DNA of 46,845 bases, from NCBI GenBank assembly GCA_035685585.1, contig DASSAH010000346.1, positions 1 through 46,845 of the forward strand. The letters are read 5' to 3'. The notes beneath the pieces are model-generated. The model had not been told where the DNA came from. It ran no database searches and saw only the letters and a program-made list of their open reading frames with translations. The position numbers were made by a program, and so were the translations under genes. The stretch is from Coriobacteriia bacterium (lineage in GTDB: Bacteria > Actinomycetota > Coriobacteriia > Anaerosomatales > SLCP01). This document shows positions 8,374 to 16,004 of the stretch, in pieces; the stretch's first letter is position 1, and the number at the start of each line of letters is the position of its first letter.

Positions 8374-9725
8374 GCGGCCCCCACGGTGCTGAGCGTCAGC
8401 GCACGCGCGAGCCCGGGCGGGACCGCGTTGCCGATCTGACGCACTTGGTCGGTTTTCGTCCCGGCGAAACGGTGCTCGACCGGGAACCCCTGCGCCGCGG
8501 CGAGCTCGTGTGGCTGCAGCATGCGGAACGTGATGTCCAGCGTGTAGGGCTCCCCGTCGACGAGGGCGAAGCGGTCGCGAGTCGTCACGGTGTCGAGCGG
8601 GTCAGCGATCGCGAGCGGCCCGCTGGTGCCGTAGTAGGGGACAATGAACGGGCGCACGAGGCCGTGCCCGTTGCGGGCGCGGATCGCCGGCACTGGATCG
8701 CTCACTCGCCGCGGGGCCCCGGGCGCGTCCTGGTGCAGAATGAACGGCTCGACGAGTCCGAACTTGCCTCCCCCACTTGCGGGGATCGTCGGGCAGGGCT
8801 CGCCGATCGCGTGCGTCCGCGGCTCCTGGCCGTCGCGCTCGCCGTAGTGAGGCACGAGGAAGGACTGCACAAGCCCGACCTCGCCGCGGTGCGCCGCCGT
8901 GACCGTAGCCAGCGGGTCGTCTACCGACTGAACGCGCCCGCCGTGGGTGAGCATGAGCAGGAACGGTTCGGCCCACGCGCCCCAGTACCGGCGGATCCCG
9001 GCCTCGATGCGGCGCAGGGTAGCGGGCGCGAGCGGGCGCTTGCGGTCAAAGATGCTCTGCCCGCGGATGCTCCAGTCGATGATCTCGCCGGCCGAGCGCC
9101 ACGGCTGCGCCCCGAACAGTCCCGGCTCCCGGGCGTGTGTTGGTTCCGGCCAGAGGATGCGGGCCCCGCCACGGGCCGCCTGCAGGAACAGCCGCCGGCG
9201 CGTCGTCGGGTCGCCGTAGTCGGCGGCGCAGAGCACCTGCCACTCGACAGTGTAGCCCATGGCCCGCAGCGCCGCGACGAACGCCTGGAACGTGGCGCCC
9301 TTCTTGGACGCCAGCGGCTTTCCGTCGGCCCCGAGCGGCCCCCACGAGACGAACTCGGGCACGTTCTCGACGATCACCCGGCGCACGTAGAGCTCGCTGA
9401 GCCACTTGAGGATGAGCCAGGCGCTCGCCCGGCTCTGGTCGCTCCGCGGTCGGCCGCCCCGGGCGATGCTATGATGGGTGCACTCTGGTGAGGCCCAGAG
9501 CAGGTCGACGCGGTCCCGGGGCGCGAACACGTCGAGCGGGTTCAGCGTGGCGAGGTCCTGGCAGTAGGACCTCGCGTCGGGGAAGTTGAGCTTGTGCGTC
9601 TCGATGGCGACCAGCCAGTGGTTGACGGCCGCAAGGTCGAGCCGGAGGCCGGCGGAGGCCGCGGCCTGCACGATGCCGCGCGTCTCGCCCCCGCCGCCGC
9701 AGAACAGGTCCGCTATTCGCGTCAC
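8370..9725 (-). CDS. DNA (cytosine-5) methyltransferase
   Basis: Motif I DLFCGGGG, motif IV ASPECTHHS, motif VI ENV, motif VIII TTRRRLF, motif X QIGNAVPP. GTG at 9725 overlaps the primase stop (GTGA), with GGAGGGGG upstream. The 157 upstream codons of ORF 8370..10196 overlap the primase gene. Confidence 0.9.
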   Translation of the reverse strand: MTRIADLFCGGGGETRGIVQAAASAGLRLDLAAVNHWLVAIETHKLNFPDARSYCQDLATLNPLDVFAPRDRVDLLWASPECTHHSIARGGRPRSDQSRASAWLILKWLSELYVRRVIVENVPEFVSWGPLGADGKPLASKKGATFQAFVAALRAMGYTVEWQVLCAADYGDPTTRRRLFLQAARGGARILWPEPTHAREPGLFGAQPWRSAGEIIDWSIRGQSIFDRKRPLAPATLRRIEAGIRRYWGAWAEPFLLMLTHGGRVQSVDDPLATVTAAHRGEVGLVQSFLVPHYGERDGQEPRTHAIGEPCPTIPASGGGKFGLVEPFILHQDAPGAPRRVSDPVPAIRARNGHGLVRPFIVPYYGTSGPLAIADPLDTVTTRDRFALVDGEPYTLDITFRMLQPHELAAAQGFPVEHRFAGTKTDQVRQIGNAVPPGLARALTLSTVGAA

Positions 9726-12265
9726 TCTTCCCCCTCCAGGTACGCTGCCCGAAACTCCGTCCAGCGCAGCAGGCGCGCGCGACGACGGCCCATGAGAAAC
9801 GGCACGATCTTGCCCTCCCCGGCGTTGACGCACAGCTTGTTGCGCCGTAGCTGCGCGTCGTAGCCCATCGCATACGGCGTGTCGGCGAGCACCGTCTGCA
9901 GCCGCTCGCTCTGAGTCGCGACGGCCAGGTGGTCCCTGTAGAACGTGAGCCCGAGCCGCGAGAGCGCGTCGCCGGCCCTGTCGTCCTGCCCGGTCGACGC
10001 GCGCTTGAGCAGTTCCGCGATCGTGCGCGTCGTGTTGTCGTCGAGCCGCACCTGCGCGCCAATGATGTGCTCGATCACGCGGTCCTCGTCCTCGAGCGTC
10101 GCGCCCGTGTCGCCCTCGCTGAGCTGGGCGACGAGCGGAGCCTGCCACGCCATGCCGGCGTCGCTGCAAATCGGCTCGCTCGACTGCACGGCCCACGCCG
10201 CGGCGAGCAGGGGCGCGTACACGTCGCCCTTGCGCTGGTCGCCGACGACGCTCGCGATCCCCTCGCGCAGATACGCGATGTCAGCGAGCACGCGCGGGAG
10301 CGCTCGGAAAATGCGGCGGCGAAACCTTCCGGAGTCGTGCCCGAGCAACGCCCGGTACAACTCCGCCGACCTCCGTATTTTCTCGCGCTCGCCCTCCGCG
10401 GTGCTCCGTTGCATTTCGCAGATCACCCAGCGGCTCGCCTGCGCCGCGTCCGCCTCGGCGACGTTCACGGCAGCCACGCAAAAGCATGAGCGGATCAGGT
10501 ATTGCACAACCCCGTCACCCCGCGCCTGCGTCACGTAGCCGGAGCCGTCGCCGGCGGAGTTGCGCACCAAGCTCAAGAGCCCGCTGATGTTTTCCTTTTC
10601 GCGCTTGTTTCGCGCCTCGGCCTCGTCGAGCACGACCGGGCGAGCGTCGCGGTTCAACGTGCGGCGGATCCCGGCTTGCGTGTCCATGCCGGCGCCTGTG
10701 TGTGCGAACGGGCCCACGACCTCGCGGACGTACTTGAGCAGGCTGCTCTTGCCGACGCCCTTCGGGCCGGTGATCCAGATATTCGGGCGCCAGGAGAGCA
10801 GGCCGCCAAACGGCGCGATGAGCGCCCAGCCGAGCGCGGAGGCCGCCTGCACGGGCGCGCGGAACGCCTGCAGCATAAACAGGCGTCCGAGCGCCTTGCC
10901 GTCCTCGTCGCTGTTCCCGTCGCCCGACATGTCGCCGAATTCGACGCGACCGCTGCTCGCGTAGTACGCCTCGCCCTCGAAGGCATCGTAGGGGATGCGC
11001 GTTCCGTCGCCGAGCACGATCTGTCGCCCGTCGTTTATCACGATTCGCTCGCGGTCAAGCCAGACGCCGACGCCCCGCAGCACCTCGAGGCGGAACGCGC
11101 CGGCCGCAGTGGACTCGGCTATGACGTGGTCCTGCGCGGGCGCGACCTTGATGCTCCCCTGATCGCCGACGAAATTGTTTTGAGACCACCAGGCCAGCGG
11201 CGCAAGCTCGCCAAGCTGGGAAGCTGAGAAGCGGCCCAGCGGGATCTCGAACGGAACGCGCCGGGGGCACAAAAGGAAATGGTGCTCCGCGGCGTCGTGT
11301 CCGAGGCAGATAAACGGGCGCGGCTCGCCGGAGGCAGATGTCTCGGCGGGCGGGGGCGGCAGGTGGCTGTTGATGAAGTCGACGAGGTCGATGCCCTCGG
11401 CCGCGGCGTCTGCGATGTCCCAGCCAGCCGGCTTGTCTGTCGGCGAGGTGAGCACGACAGCCTGCGGGAGCCGCTGCTTGATCGCGCGCGCGGCCTTGGC
11501 ACCCGGCTCGTCGGCGTCCGGCCAGATCGTCACGTTGCGGCCGGCCAGCGGGGACCAGTCGGCCTTTGTGACCGCTGAGCTGCCCGAGGCCCACGTAACG
11601 ACGACGTAGCCCGGCACCGGAACGTCCCCGCACTTCTCCCCTTCCACGACGAGCACGGGCAGGTCCGGCTGCGCCGCGAGGCGGTCGAGCCCGTAGAGCG
11701 GGCGGTCGCTCTCGTAAGCCTGCCCGTTGTGCCACTTGCCGTCCGTGCCGTAGTACCAGGGGAGGATCGCCTTGCCGTGCCCCTCGCGCTCGTACCTGAC
11801 GACGCAAAACAGCACGCGCCCCTCGGCGTCGACGTAGCGCCAGCCCTTGACCGGATGCCCGTGCCGCTCGACGTACCACGCATCGGCGGCGGCGGCGTTT
11901 AGCGATTTCAGGCGATCGGCGGGCACCGGGAGCACCGGCTCGACCTTGGGTTTGCGCGTGCGTTCCCGGCGTGGGGAAACCGCCGAGGGCGCGGAATCTG
12001 CGCCGTCCGGCACGAGGCGGGCGACGGCGTCGGCGACGGTCACGCCCTCGCGCTCGGCGTAGGCGTCGAGCACAGAGCCGCGGAATCCGTCGTCGCCAAA
12101 ATCCTTGACCGCTGGCCCGCCGTCGACCATGTGACAGCTTGGCGTGTGATCGTCCGGCCTGCGGCTCCACCAGTAGTCGGCGCCGCGGAACTCGCCGCCC
12201 GGGAAGTAGCGATCGGGGCTGGCGGCGAGGATGCTTTTTGCGCGCTCGAATCGCGAATCCGGCAC
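9722..12265 (-). CDS. DNA primase/helicase (Toprim domain plus P-loop NTPase, DUF927-like)
   Basis: Toprim-like VLVVEGEKCGD and IWPDADEPG, Walker A ITGPKGVGKSSL, Walker B VVLDEAE. 847 aa. Confidence 0.8.
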   Translation of the reverse strand: MPDSRFERAKSILAASPDRYFPGGEFRGADYWWSRRPDDHTPSCHMVDGGPAVKDFGDDGFRGSVLDAYAEREGVTVADAVARLVPDGADSAPSAVSPRRERTRKPKVEPVLPVPADRLKSLNAAAADAWYVERHGHPVKGWRYVDAEGRVLFCVVRYEREGHGKAILPWYYGTDGKWHNGQAYESDRPLYGLDRLAAQPDLPVLVVEGEKCGDVPVPGYVVVTWASGSSAVTKADWSPLAGRNVTIWPDADEPGAKAARAIKQRLPQAVVLTSPTDKPAGWDIADAAAEGIDLVDFINSHLPPPPAETSASGEPRPFICLGHDAAEHHFLLCPRRVPFEIPLGRFSASQLGELAPLAWWSQNNFVGDQGSIKVAPAQDHVIAESTAAGAFRLEVLRGVGVWLDRERIVINDGRQIVLGDGTRIPYDAFEGEAYYASSGRVEFGDMSGDGNSDEDGKALGRLFMLQAFRAPVQAASALGWALIAPFGGLLSWRPNIWITGPKGVGKSSLLKYVREVVGPFAHTGAGMDTQAGIRRTLNRDARPVVLDEAEARNKREKENISGLLSLVRNSAGDGSGYVTQARGDGVVQYLIRSCFCVAAVNVAEADAAQASRWVICEMQRSTAEGEREKIRRSAELYRALLGHDSGRFRRRIFRALPRVLADIAYLREGIASVVGDQRKGDVYAPLLAAAWAVQSSEPICSDAGMAWQAPLVAQLSEGDTGATLEDEDRVIEHIIGAQVRLDDNTTRTIAELLKRASTGQDDRAGDALSRLGLTFYRDHLAVATQSERLQTVLADTPYAMGYDAQLRRNKLCVNAGEGKIVPFLMGRRRARLLRWTEFRAAYLEGEE

Positions 12266-12280
12266 GTCGATCTGCGCCTA

Positions 12281-13177
12281 TTACTTTGAACTCATCATGG
12301 GCGGCAGAATGACGCGGGTCTTTTTTTGCCCCTTGTTCAGAATGGAAAGTAGCGCGTGCCCGCAGGCTACGTGGTCTGCTCGTGTTGAACCGATGAGCAC
12401 GAATTTGTTGATCTGATGCCGAAGTCCCTCGATCCCGACCGATATCATGTTGTCCAGCGGGAAGCTACGGAAGTCCACGGAAGGATTCATCTGCACGACG
12501 TAGAAGAGTCCCTTCAGTTCCTTGGACGCGATCGGTGTCCCCTGCGCCACCTCTGCCAGGAGTCCGAACGTCTGATCGGCGGCGGCCCTGTTCCTCTGGA
12601 TCATCCAGTAGATTGTTTTGATCGCCGTTGTTTGAAGGCCACGCGGGCTCCCCGGGGCGAACTCGTAGCCGTGCTTCTTGACCAAATCGTCGGCGAGCAT
12701 AGCGATCTCGACTCCCGCGACGCGCGCTCCCTTGTGGTCCTCGTATGCAGAGCAGCGAATGCGAGAAGTGTTGATCTTCCAGAATGCGAGAGCCTCTTCC
12801 TTGGTAGCCCCCATCTGGTAAACCATGCAAGGCAGCTTGTCGATGTCGTCGCGGAGATTGGCGGCCCTCAGCCTGCGCCCGCCCTCAACGACAAAGTAGC
12901 CGTCGACGGTGTCCGCGACATGAAGGGTCCCGAATGCCGGCCACCAGAACTCGCGCGCGATTTCGAGCGTCTTTCCCTTTGCTCTGATTTCGCGCTGGTA
13001 ATTAAGGTCGAGCATCAGATCCTTTTTCGGAATCATCTTGAAGACGCCGGCCTCTTCGAGTTTCTTCCAGTGATAGCGTGCAACCTTGGAGATTCCATTC
13101 CTCCCGTTGACGCCCTCGTTTGATCCGACCGCCCTCAATAGGCTGTCTTCCTTCAATTCCTCAAGAACTCGCTCCAT
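12281..13177 (-). CDS. ParB/sulfiredoxin-like N-terminal domain protein
   Basis: LDLNYQRE...YFVVEGGRRLRAA (ParB GxxR-type motif). ATG at 13177 preceded by GGGGGAA. Visibly lower GC than flanking genes. Confidence 0.6.
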   Translation of the reverse strand: MERVLEELKEDSLLRAVGSNEGVNGRNGISKVARYHWKKLEEAGVFKMIPKKDLMLDLNYQREIRAKGKTLEIAREFWWPAFGTLHVADTVDGYFVVEGGRRLRAANLRDDIDKLPCMVYQMGATKEEALAFWKINTSRIRCSAYEDHKGARVAGVEIAMLADDLVKKHGYEFAPGSPRGLQTTAIKTIYWMIQRNRAAADQTFGLLAEVAQGTPIASKELKGLFYVVQMNPSVDFRSFPLDNMISVGIEGLRHQINKFVLIGSTRADHVACGHALLSILNKGQKKTRVILPPMMSSK

Positions 13178-13185
13178 GTTTCCCC

Positions 13186-13959
13186 CTACAGGCTGTCGCC
13201 CCACGCGGTAAGTTTCTCGACCAGTTCAGAGACGTATCGCTTGATGCTTTTCTTCCTGATCGACTTGAGCCGCCTTGTGATGGTGACGAACATTTCGTCA
13301 ACCACTGTTCCCTCAAGCTCTCTCAGTTCATGGCTAACCTCCTTGCGTCCTACACTGTGGGCGCTCTCCGCCTTCTCTCCTGATAGCACCGCCCTCGCTT
13401 CCTCTGGATTTGTGGCGACAACCGCAGCGGCCTCGTGAACTGCCCTGCGCGTCGGTCCATCTCCGCGAACGATGTGCTGCTCGATCTCTGGTTCTACCGC
13501 CTTCACGATTTCCACGTCCCGCGCGAACGCGGCGTCGCGCTCGATGGTGCGTGAAGTCACGCCGTGTTCAACGGCGAGTCGTTTCGACGTTGGGCCGTCC
13601 ACTACGCCACTTTGTCGGAGTGAGTTCTGCTCGCCCGGCGCCTTCTTCAGCCTGTTGTACCGCCGCCCACGGATCAGGGCTGCTTGGTCGGGCGTCAGGT
13701 TGCGCCGGCCGAGCTGGTGCGCGTCGATCCAATCCTCCGCATCTTCGCGCGAGCGAAGCGATACATGGGCCACTTGAAACTCGACTCCGAGCCGCTGGCA
13801 AATCTCATAGCGGTTGTGGCCGTCGAGAAGGGTATCCTCCTCAAGCCACACGATGAGTGGATCGAGGCATCCGTCTGCCTTGATGCTCTGTTCCAACAGG
13901 CCGCGCTCTTCGTCGCGAATTGGCGGGATCAACGAACGGAAGCCCTCGTCTATCTTCAA
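13186..13959 (-). CDS. ParB-like nuclease domain protein
   Basis: SLIPPIRDEE...DPLIVW...LLDGHNRYEIC...RRNLT. TTG start preceded by GAGGAGGA. Lower GC. Confidence 0.75.
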   Translation of the reverse strand: MKIDEGFRSLIPPIRDEERGLLEQSIKADGCLDPLIVWLEEDTLLDGHNRYEICQRLGVEFQVAHVSLRSREDAEDWIDAHQLGRRNLTPDQAALIRGRRYNRLKKAPGEQNSLRQSGVVDGPTSKRLAVEHGVTSRTIERDAAFARDVEIVKAVEPEIEQHIVRGDGPTRRAVHEAAAVVATNPEEARAVLSGEKAESAHSVGRKEVSHELRELEGTVVDEMFVTITRRLKSIRKKSIKRYVSELVEKLTAWGDSL

Positions 13960-13981
13960 GCCATTCCTCCTCGCCCATCTT

Positions 13982-14012
13982 GCGGCCCGCGGGAATCGGA
14001 CCCGCGACCTGC
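13982..14012 (-). other. tRNA 3'-half-like element (variable loop, T-arm and acceptor 3' strand); not a complete tRNA
   Basis: The minus strand reads AGGTC-GCGGG-TCCGATT-CCCGC-GGGCCGC-A, a T-arm hairpin with a 7-nt loop. No matching D-arm, anticodon arm or 5' acceptor strand lies upstream. Confidence 0.4.
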
Positions 14013-14024
14013 ACCAGCAGCCGT

Positions 14025-14318
14025 CTACCGCTCCAGCCCCATGTGCGCCATCTTCAGGCGATTCCAGACCTCGGACTTGATGTCCGCGAACGTCCCCCTG
14101 AGACAGCGATAGGTGACAGCATCCTCGTCTCGCTGTGATGGCGCGGGTGCGAACCTGCGCTCGATTTCACCCATCAGGTCGTAGGCGCCCCGCAGTTGCG
14201 CCACGTCCTCGTACCGCTTGAGCGACAGCTTTTCTTTCTCCAGCTTGATCTCCGCGATGCTCGCGTCCGCGTTAATGCGCCGGATCTGAGCCCGCTCCAT
14301 TTCGGTCAACTCGGCCAT
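14025..14318 (-). CDS. Nu1/TerS-middle-domain-like coiled-coil protein (97 aa)
   Basis: MERAQIRRINADASIAEIKLEKEKL aligns with KERAEIRRINAQARATEAKLAREAG of the TerS encoded at 20242..20847. It lacks the N-terminal HTH. Confidence 0.55.
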   Translation of the reverse strand: MAELTEMERAQIRRINADASIAEIKLEKEKLSLKRYEDVAQLRGAYDLMGEIERRFAPAPSQRDEDAVTYRCLRGTFADIKSEVWNRLKMAHMGLER

Positions 14319-14336
14319 GTATTTCCTCCCGCGGCC

Positions 14337-14633
14337 TCAGCCGCTAATCGCCCTCACGCTCGCCCGCCCCCACCGCGGCCGGCGCACCTCGTAGACCCGC
14401 CCCTGGTGGCGCAGCCGCACGACGCGGCCACGCTCACGACGCGCCAGGTCGAGCAACGTCGCGGCAGTGAACAGATCGCAGCCCTCGCACACGACATCGG
14501 AGTCGTCGATCTCGGCTACGCTCCTGGGCCGCGGGGGCGGCAGAGGGTCGCCGGAGCCGACCTTGTTTAGCGCGAGTGCGAACAGAAGGCAGAGAATCCA
14601 GACGCCAGCCATGAAAAGCAGAAACGTGCTCAT
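14337..14633 (-). CDS. Membrane-anchored hypothetical protein (98 aa)
   Basis: N-terminal hydrophobic helix FLLFMAGVWILCLLFALAL. Coupled (ATGA) to the upstream gene. Confidence 0.55.
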   Translation of the reverse strand: MSTFLLFMAGVWILCLLFALALNKVGSGDPLPPPRPRSVAEIDDSDVVCEGCDLFTAATLLDLARRERGRVVRLRHQGRVYEVRRPRWGRASVRAISG

Positions 14634-14965
14634 GCGGGCCTCCCGTGGCGCGCGAGCTCGACGGCGGCCTCGACGCGCAGATACAGGCGCGCGACCGGAT
14701 GGTCGGCGCGGTCAGTGATGTTCATGTCGCACAGGCGCGCCCAGAGGTGGTCGCGCACGGCGTCGAGAGTCGCGAGCATTTCGGGGGCAGCGGCGATGAT
14801 CGGGCGATTGTTCGCGCGCACGCTCTCGGCGATCAGGTGCCCGCCGTAGTATTCCGTTTCGTTGTGGCCGGTATTGAGGTACGGCTCGTCAAGCACGATG
14901 TCTGAGACGATCGCGCCGCCGCTTTTCGTGCTCGGCCGCCAAGTGCCTCCCGTGTGTTCGCTCAT
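14630..14965 (-). CDS. Conserved phage protein of unknown function (..GTW..IAxx..AN..IAAAPEML family)
   Basis: GGTWRP...GGAIVSD...IAESVRANNRPIIAAAPEMLATL resembles a widespread prophage family. ATG at 14965 forms ATGA with the upstream stop. Confidence 0.6.
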   Translation of the reverse strand: MSEHTGGTWRPSTKSGGAIVSDIVLDEPYLNTGHNETEYYGGHLIAESVRANNRPIIAAAPEMLATLDAVRDHLWARLCDMNITDRADHPVARLYLRVEAAVELARHGRPA

Positions 14966-15093
14966 GTCCAACTCTCCCAGTCCTCGCGAAACTTGCGCGA
15001 GACCCGCGACGCGACCCAGGCGAGCGCGAGCAGCGCCATGATGAGCACGGCCCACGCGCAATCGCCTGCCCGGCAGAAAAAGCGCCTTACCAT
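14962..15093 (-). CDS. Small membrane protein (43 aa)
   Basis: ATG at 15093 preceded by AGGAGG. Hydrophobic AWAVLIMALLALAWVA. Confidence 0.45.
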   Translation of the reverse strand: MVRRFFCRAGDCAWAVLIMALLALAWVASRVSRKFREDWESWT

Positions 15094-15269
15094 AGCGACG
15101 CCTCCTGGTACTCGACGACGCGCTGGGCCGGGGCCTCTGCTCGCTCGCGCGTGCACTGGCGACAGATCCCCGCCTTGAGCGGTCGCACGATCGAGCAGCC
15201 GGCGCAGCGGCCGTAGGGCGCGCCCTCCCACTCGTAGGGCTCGGGGTCGTGGTAGGCGCGGATGGTCAC
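15087..15269 (-). CDS. Small zinc-ribbon-like protein (60 aa)
   Basis: GTG at 15269 (GTGA overlap, GGGAGG upstream). CAGC...CRQC cysteine pairs. Confidence 0.5.
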   Translation of the reverse strand: MTIRAYHDPEPYEWEGAPYGRCAGCSIVRPLKAGICRQCTRERAEAPAQRVVEYQEASLW

Positions 15270-15424
15270 AGCAGCCTCCCGGTCGCGTAGGCCGCAACGC
15301 CCATGAGCGCGAGCCCGATCCAGTAGCCCGCCCAGCCGAAGTCGCCGCGTTTGATCGCCCGGCCGGCGAACGCGGCGCACATGGGCGGAATCAGGAAAAT
15401 AGCGAGCGACAAGAGGCCTGTCAT
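15266..15424 (-). CDS. Small two-helix membrane protein (52 aa; below the ORF-track size cutoff)
   Basis: Hand translation: MTGLLSLAIFLIPPMCAAFAGRAIKRGDFGWAGYWIGLALMGVAAYATGRLL. ATGA at its start and GTGA at its stop fill the gap between called ORFs. Confidence 0.45.
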   Translation of the reverse strand: MTGLLSLAIFLIPPMCAAFAGRAIKRGDFGWAGYWIGLALMGVAAYATGRLL

Positions 15425-15513
15425 TTCCGGGCCGCCCACACGATCAGGGCAGCCACGGCAACAGACGCCAAGGCGACAAGCGCCTGCGCGAGATTCGGGC
15501 CTATCTCGATCAT
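15421..15513 (-). CDS. Small membrane protein (30 aa; below the ORF-track size cutoff)
   Basis: Hand translation: MIEIGPNLAQALVALASVAVAALIVWAARK. ATGA overlaps at both ends. Confidence 0.4.
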   Translation of the reverse strand: MIEIGPNLAQALVALASVAVAALIVWAARK

Positions 15514-16004
15514 GCCCGCCCTCCCCGCGTGCACTCCCGCTCGCCGAGCGCGGCTATCGCGCTTTTGATCGCCGCCGGGACCGTTGAGCACGCCATGCCG
15601 GGAAACTCGTTATTGATCGTGACGAGGTATCCGTCGCTTCCGTCGGGCATGTCGGCGCGCTCGATATAGAGCCCGTCGTATTCGTCGAGGGCTGTTTCGA
15701 TCGTGCTGATCCGCTCGCCCGGGACACTCTTGCGGTTGAACCGCGTGCGGTACTTCTGGCCTTGCATACCGAGGCGCTTTAGGACGTTGAGCACGGTGCC
15801 CGTCGTGACGCCGACCTTTTCGGCAATCTCCTGCACCGAAACGCGCTTGAGGCGCAGCTCGCGGATCGCCTCGTCGTGGACGCGAGTGCGCCCGTTCTGC
15901 GACCCGTCGTGGTGGCCGCGGTTCTGCCCGTAGTGGCCGTGCTGTTCGCGGCCGACCATAGTGCCGCCGACTGTTCCCATCGGTCCTATCAGTGCCGTGC
16001 TCAT
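15510..16004 (-). CDS. HTH DNA-binding protein
   Basis: VSVQEIAEKVGVTTGTVLNVLKRLG helix-turn-helix. ATG at 16004 (ATGA overlap, GAGGAGG upstream). Confidence 0.6.
   Translation of the reverse strand: MSTALIGPMGTVGGTMVGREQHGHYGQNRGHHDGSQNGRTRVHDEAIRELRLKRVSVQEIAEKVGVTTGTVLNVLKRLGMQGQKYRTRFNRKSVPGERISTIETALDEYDGLYIERADMPDGSDGYLVTINNEFPGMACSTVPAAIKSAIAALGERECTRGGRA

Noticed and set aside
13960-14060. A complete tRNA gene on the minus strand
   Set aside because: Only the variable-loop/T-arm/acceptor 3' portion is present. The upstream bases are the end of the 14025..14318 coding sequence and cannot form D or anticodon arms or pair with the acceptor 3' strand.
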